Source: the human T2T-CHM13v2.0 reference genome, Homo sapiens. From it: a stretch of 64,000 nucleotides of DNA. The first letter of the stretch is position 1; each line of letters opens with the position of its first letter. The notes under the pieces were generated by a model. The model saw only the letters and a program-made list of their open reading frames with translations, did no database searches and was not told the DNA's origin. Below, piece after piece: positions 53,357-64,000 of this stretch. The stretch lies in NCBI RefSeq assembly GCF_009914755.1, contig NC_060948.1; one strand, written 5' to 3'. Made by a program: the position numbers and the translations under genes.

Positions 53357-55985
53357 AGTGTGAACAAATTCATGGGGAAGTTTGAACTGGGCAGACCCCA
53401 CCGCAGCTCAGCAAAGCCACTGTGACCAGACTGCCTTTCTAGATTCCCTCCTCTTCGGGCAGGGCATCTTAAAAAAAAAAAAAAAAAAAAAGGAAAGCAA
53501 CAGTCCCAGTCAGAGACTTATAGATAAAACCCCCACCTCCCTGGGACAGAGCACCTGGGGGAAGGGGTGGTTGTGGACTAAGCTTCAATAGACTTAACTG
53601 TCCCTGCCTGTCAGCTCTGAAGAGAGCAGTGGATCTCTCAGCACAGTATTTGAGCTCTGATAAGGGACAGATTGCCTCCTCAAGTGGGTCCCAGACTCCG
53701 AGTATCCTGACTGGGAGACACCTCACAGTAGGGGCCAACAGACATCTCATACGGGAGAGCTGTGGCTGGCATCTGGTGGGTGCCCCTCTGGGATAAGGCT
53801 TCCAGAGGAAGGAATAGGCAGCAATCCTTGCTGTTCTGTAGCCTCCCCTGGTGATACCCAGGCAAACAAGGCCTGGAGTGCACCTCCAGCAGACTCTGCA
53901 AACCTGCAGCAGAGGAGCCTGACTGTTAGAAGGAAAACTGACAAACGGAAAGGAATAGTAGCAACATCAACAAAAAGGACATCCACTCAGAGACCATATC
54001 CAAAGGTCACTGGCATCAGAGACCAAAGGTAGATAAATCCTCAAAAGTGGGGAGAAACCAGCACAAAAAGGCTGAAAACTCCAAAAACCAGAATGCCTCT
54101 TCTCCTCCAAAGGATCATAGCTCTTCATCAGCAAGGGAACAAAACTGGACAGAGAATGATTTTGATGAATTGACAGAAGTAGACTTCAGAAAGTGGAAAA
54201 TAACAAACTACTCTGAGCTAAAGGAGCATGTTCTAACTCAATGGAAGGAAGCTAAGAACCTTGAAAAAAAGTTAGACAAATTGCTAACTAGAATAACCAA
54301 GTTACAGAAGAACATAAATGACCTGATGGAGCTGAAAAACATAGCATGAGAACTTTGTGAAGCATAAACAAGTGTCAATAGCCAAATCAATCAAGCAGAA
54401 GAAAGGATATCAAGGATTGAAGATCAACTCAATGAAATAAAGTGAAAAGGCAAGATTACAGTGAAAAGAAATGAACAAAGCTTTCAAGAAATATGGGACT
54501 ATGTGAAAAGACCAAACGTACATTTGATAGGTGTACCTGAAAGTGACGGGAAGAATAGAACAAACTTGGAAAACACTCTTCAGAATATTTCAAGCAGAAC
54601 TTCCCCAACCTAGCAAGACAGGCCAACCTTCAAATTCAGAAAATACAGAGAACATAACAAAGATACTCCTTGAGAAGAGCAACCCAAAGACACATAATTA
54701 TCAGATTTACCAAGGTTGGAATGAGGGAAAGAATGTTAAGGGCAGCCAGAGAGAAAGGTCAGGTTACCCACAAGGGGAAGCCCATCAGTCTAACAGCAGA
54801 TCTGTCTGCAGAAACCCTAGAAACCAGAAGACAGTGGGGGCCAATATTCAACATTCTTAAAGAAAAGAAGTTTCAATGCGGAATTTCATATCCAGCCAAA
54901 CTAAGCATCCTAAATGAAGGGAAAATAAAATCCTTTACCGACAAGAAAATGCTGAGAGATTTTGTCACCATCAGAGCTGCTTTACAAGAGCACTTGATGG
55001 AAGCAATAAACATGGAAAGGAACAACCGGTACCAGCCACTGCAAAAACATACTAAATTGTAAAGCCCATTGATGTTGTGAAGAAACTGCATCAACTAATA
55101 GACAAAATAACCAGCTAGCATCATAATGGCAGGATCAAATTCACCAATAACAATATTAACCTTAAATGTAAATGGGCTAAATGCCCCAATTAAGAGACAT
55201 AGACTGGAAAATTGGATAGAGTCAAGACCCATCAGTGTGCTTGCTGTATTCAGGAGACTCACCTCATGTACAAAGACACACATAGGCTCAAAATAAAGGG
55301 ATAGAGGAATATTTACCAAGCAAATGGACAGAAAAAAAAAAAACAAGGGTTGCAATCCTAGTCTAGTCTCTGATAAAACACACTTTAAAACAACAAACAT
55401 CAAAAGAGACAAAGAAAGGCATTACATATTGGTAAAGGGATCAATGCAACAAGAAGAGCTAACTATCCTAAATATATATGGACCCAATACAGGAGCACCC
55501 AGATTCATAAAGCAAGTTCTTAGAGACCTACAAAGAGACTTAGACTCCACACAATAATAATGGGAGACTTGAATACCCCACTGTGATTATTAGACAGATC
55601 GATGAGACAGAAAATTAACAAGGATATCCAGGACTTGAACTCAGCTCTGGACCAAGCAGACCTAATAGACATCGACAGAACTCCACCCCAAATCAACAGA
55701 ATATACATTATTCTCAGCATCACATTGCACTTATTCTAAAATTGACCGCATAATTGGAAGTAAAACACTCCTCAGCAAATGCAAAAGAGTGGAAATCGTA
55801 ACAGTTTCTCAGACCATAGTGCAATCAAATTAGAATTCAGAATTAAGAAACTCACTCAAAACCACACAACTACATGGAAACGGCACGAACTGCTCCTGAT
55901 TGACTACTAGGTAAATAACAAAATGAAGGCAGAAATAAAGATGTTCTTTGAAACCAGTGAGAAGAAAGAGGCAATGTACCAGAAT
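53357..55985 (+). mobile_element. L1PA7/8-like internal fragment: partial 5' UTR, ORF1 (~54047-55062, broken), start of ORF2 endonuclease (~55126-55985)
   Basis: GRNQHKKAENSKNQ.., RHIIIRFTKV..ISYPAKLS; ORF2 MAGSNSPITILTLNVNGLNAPIKRHR; no poly-A or TSD. Confidence 0.9.
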
Positions 55986-56734
55986 TTTCATTATTGCAAA
56001 ATAACTGCTAAAAACTGTAGTGAATATGCTTTATTGCTTCTTTATAGCTAAGCCTTTTCTTGCCTTCACAAGAAGATATAGCAGAAAGTTTCTGGGAAGA
56101 CCCCAGTTCATATTTCTACTATTTAGTGTGCCTGGTATTCACACTATTATAAGGTCTAAACTGGAGATCACTATTAAAAGAATTCTCAGCCGGGTGTGGT
56201 GGCTCAGTCTTGTAATCCCAGCACTTTGGGAGGCCGAGGCAGGCAGATCACTTGTTAGGAGTTTGAGACATCATTGAGTCTTGCAAACATTTTTATTGAG
56301 TTAGTGACGTGAAGAACCAGAATGCCATTTATAGCACAATACCATTTCTCTAAATGAAAAACATACACTCATAAGGCAACACTATCAATTTTACAAACAA
56401 CAGGCATAGTTAAGGGCCACGTGTCAAACAGATTTCATGAGGGGACTGTGAGTTTCCAGGAGTGGGGATCTGGGGGTGAATTGGGAAGAAACATATTAAC
56501 AAGGAAAGGGTCTTGCCATAGGTGATGGTGATTGTGAATAAGAAGCACAGTCAACTCAACTCTTGCTACTGATATCCAAATTGAAAGAACCACCAAAAAA
56601 GTATGAATAATTAGGATTTAGCCAGGTGAACACAAAGGGGTAGGGAAGAAAAGAAGGGTATATAATTGGTTTGAGATTAGAAACAACATCCTGGATATAC
56701 TTCAAGGTTTATTCACTTTGGTATTACCACCATT

Positions 56735-56905
56735 CACAGCTGGATAATCCTTTGTCCTGAGGGACTAGCCTGTGCCTTCTAGGGTTTTGAGCAGCATCCC
56801 TGGGCTCTACCCACCAGATGCTACTAGCACCCCAAATGTGAAAGCCAAAACTCTCTCCAGAAAGTGTTTCCTGTCCTCTGTGGGTGATGGAGAGGAAATC
56901 TCTCC
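56735..56905. mobile_element. MER20 fragment
   Basis: ctggataat..gagcagcatccctgg.ctctacccaccagatgc. Confidence 0.6.
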
Positions 56906-57695
56906 TGTTGGGGATGCCCAATAGAGGAAAATCAAGATGACATAAAGAGAGGAGACTGAAGAGTAAAGTCTTGGGTGTCTTACAAAAAACTTGGGATTTT
57001 ATTTTGAACCATCTACAGAGTCCCAAGAGGGGATTTTATCAGATTGGCATTGGGAAGTGTTGCCTGAGTGCTTAGAGCTCTTCAATCACTTGAGGTCACG
57101 TTTCCCTTTTCTACCCAGATAAAAGATCTGAAGTCATTCCATTGCAACAGGGACTTTTTCATGACCTTCCCAATATTTCCAAGGCTATCTGGAAGCGGAT
57201 TTTGGCAGCAGTGGCACTTATATTCTCCAAGACACGTTCTCTCCAAATTCTGCCTCTTGGCGCAACCACTACGCCCTTCCTTCCTCCTTCATACTATCTG
57301 TGTTCAGAAGCCTGCCTTCGTCATTCCCCTTGTTTCTGTTTGTCCCTTCTTTGTTAAACCTGTAGACATTACATTCTTGTTAGTAATACAGTGAGAGCAC
57401 CATAGACATCACAACACGAACACCAGAATTTGCTGATTGTAAAACTCCCTTCACTATTCCTGTCAAGGGGAATCACTCCATGGTTCTTTTTCTTTAAGAC
57501 CTGGGGTGCTGTTGCCATCCTGATCTCTCTATTTGAGGTTCTTTCCCATTTACCTTCTCCTCTTTCAAGGACTGCTGCCAGGCAACAACCCCCAAATTCC
57601 TTGGCTCTATTAGGGATGGCAATTCTGCTCCCTTCTGATGCATTTCCTGACATAGACACTGGGATACACATGTTAGGTTTACCTTTCTTCCCTTC

Positions 57696-58063
57696 TGTAT
57701 TGGTCTGTTTTCATACTGCTATAAAGAACTGCCTAACACTGGGTAATTTATAAAGGAAAGAGGTTTAATTGACTCACAGTCCACATGGCTGAGGAGGACT
57801 CCAGAAACTTACAATCATGGAGGAAGGGGAAGCAGGCACCTTCTTCACAAGGTGGCAGGAAGGAGAAGTGCTGAGTGAAGGGGGAAGAGCCCCTTATAAA
57901 ACCATCAGATCTCATGAGAACTGACTCATTATCATAAGAACAGCATGGCAGAAATCATCCCCACAATCCAATTACCCACCTTGTCTCTCCTTGACATGTG
58001 GGAATTATGGGGATTACAATTCAAGATGAGATTTGGGTGGGGACACAAAGCCTAGCCATATCA
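57696..58063 (-). mobile_element. THE1D-like MaLR solo LTR
   Basis: tgtatt..ccatatca termini; 5-bp TSD CCTTC (57691-57695, 58064-58068). Confidence 0.9.
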
Positions 58064-59219
58064 CCTTCCCTCTTCTGTCTCTGCTGGTCCTAATCTTACA
58101 AATTTAGGTGGCAGATGGGGAACGGAGAAAGCCAACAGAAGAGTGACATCATGGGACATACATGAAGATATGGTACAACCTTCAAAAACAGGAGAAAAGA
58201 GGAAATGCACAGGGGAGTGTGTATCAAGTGGAAAGAAGCTGAGCATTTTTTACATGTGTGTGGCTTGGGGGAGGCAGATATGCAGAGCTGAGGTCATTAC
58301 CCAGTAGTTGTGGGCAAAACAGGGCTTGCCAGCCTATATATGTGGTTTTTGAAGTGCTGAATTCTCCAAAATGTAATAAGAATTTGTGAATTATAAAACT
58401 GTTGTATTGGGTGATTTCCCTTAAAAAAATCCCACCATCTCTGGCTGACATCCTGGAGTAAGAACTGTCAGTTAAAATTGATTCAGTGTGATTCAGCATG
58501 CAGTTCTAAATATTAGCATTTACACCTACATCTCCTTAGCCCACACTGCCTCAGCCATTAACTCACTGGCTAGACATCTGAGTGTGAAAATCCTCAGCCA
58601 CTCCCATTCGCTATCCAGAGTTTATCAATGTGAACTTGCATATTAGCTCATTATTTTAGAATTTAAAATGTTGCCTTTCTATCATAATTACTTGTATCAT
58701 GTGCCTTAAGGTTTCAAAATTAATGCATCTTGTCATATCTTCAAATTCATTGGGCTGCTTTCATCTGTTGACTTAGGTCTTCCATCAATTCAAGAAACTT
58801 TTATTTCTTTTTGTGATTTCTTTTGGTTGAATATACTTGTCTTCTGGGATAACTTTTTTTTATATATTCTTGCTGAACAACAAACCTATTATTTCATTAC
58901 ATTAAACTGTTCTCTTGATTTTGAACTTCCTGAGTTTTCTTCCATTTCTCAGCCTTGATATTCTGCAGGATATAATCTGACATTTGCCACTTCCTAAGAA
59001 AATTTATCCACATCAGTGTAGGTTTTCTTGTCTATGCATTTCACCATAATTTAGTAAATTTTGCATGCTTTCACAATAAACCTTTTCAGAAATAGCAATT
59101 TGTCTTTATTCCCGGAGTCCTCTTCCCTCTTTCGGATGAGCGGTAGTTTTTCCTCTGTTGACAGGATTGGTTAAAAAGGAAGGTTAGTGGAGTGGAAGTA
59201 ACTCAGAAAACCATTGTTC

Positions 59220-60744
<1,525 letters not shown>

Positions 60745-62315
60745 CTTTTCCAATATTTTTTATTAAATCTTTTACAGTTTTTATAAAACGTTCAACTCCA
60801 AAAGAAATAAATAACAGAATTTTAAAAATTCTATGGTGCAAATAAACAACATACTGATGAAACATTCTGCCTTCAAACATATATATCTCATGAGTTCATT
60901 TTTGTTTATTTCCACTCTGACCATTTTAGTTTAAGCTTGCATCCTCAGCTTCCTGGCTGTACTGGAAGAACTGCCTGTTCCTCTCATTATAAATTTCTCC
61001 AAACTATTCATCACTCATAATACATCAAAGCCTTTGAAATCATAAGTTACTCTCTATAATCTCTTCTTTTTGCATTTAGAATAATAATAATAATAATAAT
61101 AAAATAACAATAAACTACCAACACTTTTCCAAGTCTCACAAAGCCCTATATAATCCTGTCTTTGTCCAACCTTCTGGCTCACACTGTGCCACTCCTCTTT
61201 TGTTCCCAGAGGAAAGGTAATTTTCTTGAACAGTAAATAACAGACAAGATGAATGGGAAAATATCCCATTACACTCTTATGCCCAAAACAGAAAATATGA
61301 CAAGTTTTAATGAGATCCCTCTGGCTAAAAGGTTGCTAATGATAATGAAAACAAAAGGGGAAATTACTTCAACACATGCAATTTGCTAAAGAGAAAAATA
61401 AAAAAAAATTTTCAAGAATATTCTTTTATCCAAATTGATGCAATATAGACGTAATTTGGCGTGTCCAATGCAGTGACCTCTGTGGGCCAAGACACTGAAA
61501 TGAAGACCATGGGAAAAAGAGCTCCAGGGCTGGATCCCTGAAAAAATGATTTCACAACATATAAATGTGGTTTATGCCTTTAACCGCAAACAGCTGTCTC
61601 CTACAGCTGTCCCCCTCCAACCAATGGGTGATGGTCAGTGGCTTGCAAATCCTAGGTGTGGTTTGTTCAGACAAGGGCATCTATCTGAGTTTATTACAAA
61701 CTCATCTTAGGAGGGGCAAAGGCCATATTGAAACAGAAAGCCCCAATATCCAAGAGGCCGCTTTCAAATATTTCCCCACCTTGGCTTTTGTGTTGTTACC
61801 ACAGATTTTATTTACCTAAGAATGGCTTCCGCAGCACCATCTGTTTGCCTATCAATTGCAACACTAGGGCATGAAGCCTGCACACATCTTTCATCGATGT
61901 TGCGGAAGGCTCCCAATTGCACAAAAACTTGAATGAATTCCCTACGCCGGAAAATCTGAAAATGTGGATTCTCATTTGCAGAAAGAAGCGTGCATTGCTA
62001 GATATTATCAATACAAAAACTGAAATCCACAAAAACATTTCAAAAGGCTATTTGTACAGGAGTCATCTATGACCAGTAATGCTGGTTTTTAGGGATGGAA
62101 AACGTTCTTGCATTCTCAAGCACAGCACATTCTTCTTTCTTTCAAGAAGGGAACATTTAGGAGAGACTGCCCAAGTTAACTGGGCTTTTGCTCATCTAAC
62201 CTATAGGAAGTTCCTTGGGGCTTGTGAAATGATTAATAAATGCAATGAAAACAAGCAAATATGTAAGGTATGGGTTTCAAAAATACAATTATGTAGAATC
62301 AGGTTTATAAATATT

Positions 62316-63570
62316 GCTCAGCAGCATGGCTCATGCCTGTAATCCCAACATTTTGGGAAGTCAAGGTGGGAAGATGGCTTCAGCCCAGGGGTTCTAGACC
62401 AGCCTGGGCAACATAGTGAGGCCCCATCTCTACTAAAAATTAAAATGAAAAAAATAGCTGGGCATGGTGGGACATGCCAATGGTCCTAGCTACTTACAAG
62501 GCTGAGGCAGGAGGATTGCTTGAGCCCAGGAGTTCAAGGCTGCAGTGAGCTATGATTATGCCACTGCACTGCAGCCTGGGTGACAAGAATGAGACCCTGT
62601 CTCCAGAAAAATTTAAAAATAAATAAATAAAAAGGTTTATAGAGATAGAAGAAGGCAAGTTGTTTGGAATACAATTATTTCCCTTTAGCATTTTCTCTCA
62701 GTTTTTTAATGGTTTTGATATAGGATGTGCTAAATACGTTAACTTCCATGTTCAACATATTAACATATGAGAATCATTTCCTTAAAGCAAAGGGAAATAA
62801 GAACCATAGCATGTTGGCATGTGTCCTCAGTTCACAAAGAACATACATTTCACCGTTCAAAACATGTGACATTGAAACAACACAAGCAGCCTGCATTCTT
62901 AGCTGTGTTTGCACCTGCTCATAAACCCACAGAACTGGAAGGCAATGTAGCAAACACACAGTCAAACCTCCCACAAGGCCTGTGAGCAGTGTTCACTAAA
63001 ATCAGCATGGCTTGAGTTATAGGTACCTGTTTTGAAATTTGGTTGGCCTCCCAAGTTATGGAACGGAATATGTTTGCATAGGTTTATAGAACAATAGGAC
63101 TAGGAAAAAAACTCAGGCCAAGCCATGTTTTTCCTAATTCTGTCTAGGAATAAATGCATGAATCCTAAAATGCTTTCAAGACTTTGCAGTGTTACAATTT
63201 CTTATTAGGAGCTTGGACTTCTAATCACTTTCAAAAGATGTCTCAAGTGTCATGGCTGATCCAATAGAGGTCAAAACACAAAACAAGCTTAAAGAAAGCA
63301 AAAACCTGTCTACAATAGCTTAAGATTCAGTGTAGAAGTAATACTTTAAAATATATTTAGCAGTTCGAGACCTGACATGGCAACATGGTGAAACCATATC
63401 TCTGTAAAAAAAATACAAATTAGCTGGCATGATGGTGAGTGTCTGTGGTCTCAGCTGCTGGGGAGGCTGAGATGAGAGAATCAACTGAGGCCCCAGAGGT
63501 TGAGGCTGCATTAAGCTGTGATTGTGCCATTGCACTGCAGCCTAGATGAGTGAGACCCTGTCTCAAAATA
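62316..63570 (+). mobile_element. AluJ (62316-62632) and partial AluJ (~63362-63570)
   Basis: Alu consensus. Confidence 0.82.
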
Positions 63571-63895
63571 TATATATATATAAATTTATAAATGTTATAA
63601 ATATACAATTATATATTTTTAAATTATATATAAGTATATAGTATAAATAATGTTTTTATAGTTGTGTAAAGTTTATACAATTTTATAAATGTAGATATTT
63701 CATTTACACAAATAAAAATATATATTATTGGTAATTATGTAAAATTTATAAATATAAGTATATATACATACCTATGTCTATAAATACATAGAAATATTAT
63801 ATAATTCTACATATTTATATATAATTGTCAATTTATAAATATAAATACATTTATACATAAATATATGTATATGTTTATATATATTTAAATATAAC
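63570..63895. repeat. AT-rich low-complexity (TA)n-like tract
   Basis: Direct reading. Confidence 0.85.
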
Positions 63896-64000
63896 AGGGA
63901 AAACAGTGTCCCTTTTTTTTAGGTGCTAAAACTTGGTTTTGAAATTTTATTTAAAAAAATTTGCAAACATATAAAATTTAGGATGAAAAACACTCATTTT

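Overview
Primate, almost certainly human (a near-pristine AluYb8 is present), repeat-rich genomic DNA; no prokaryotic-type systems. Bases 1-~27,870 hold the 3' half of a PKA-related (AGC) kinase gene on the + strand. It matches PRKY, the Y-linked PRKX gametolog. Exons equivalent to PRKX 5, 7, 8 and the long 3'-UTR exon 9 are present with GT-AG sites. No equivalent of the ~58-nt exon 6 is found, so splicing gives a frameshifted end (...LDFHVKTGRMM*) that lacks kinase subdomain XI and the AGC C-tail. A U6 retrocopy sits in the 3' UTR. Downstream (31.8-47.7 kb) is a nested retroviral block: a 3'-deleted HERV9/LTR12F provirus inside a MER4 LTR, a second MER4 LTR nested in the first, and an 8.7-kb two-LTR, tRNA-Pro-primed class I ERV inside a MER41 LTR. 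That ERV carries a twin-primed inverted L1PA2-like insertion. The rest is Alu, L1, MaLR, MER and simple repeats. I found no convincing new biological system; the best leads are the PRKY frameshift/splicing logic and the retroelement architecture. Family names and PRKX comparisons are from recalled consensus/protein sequences, not database searches.
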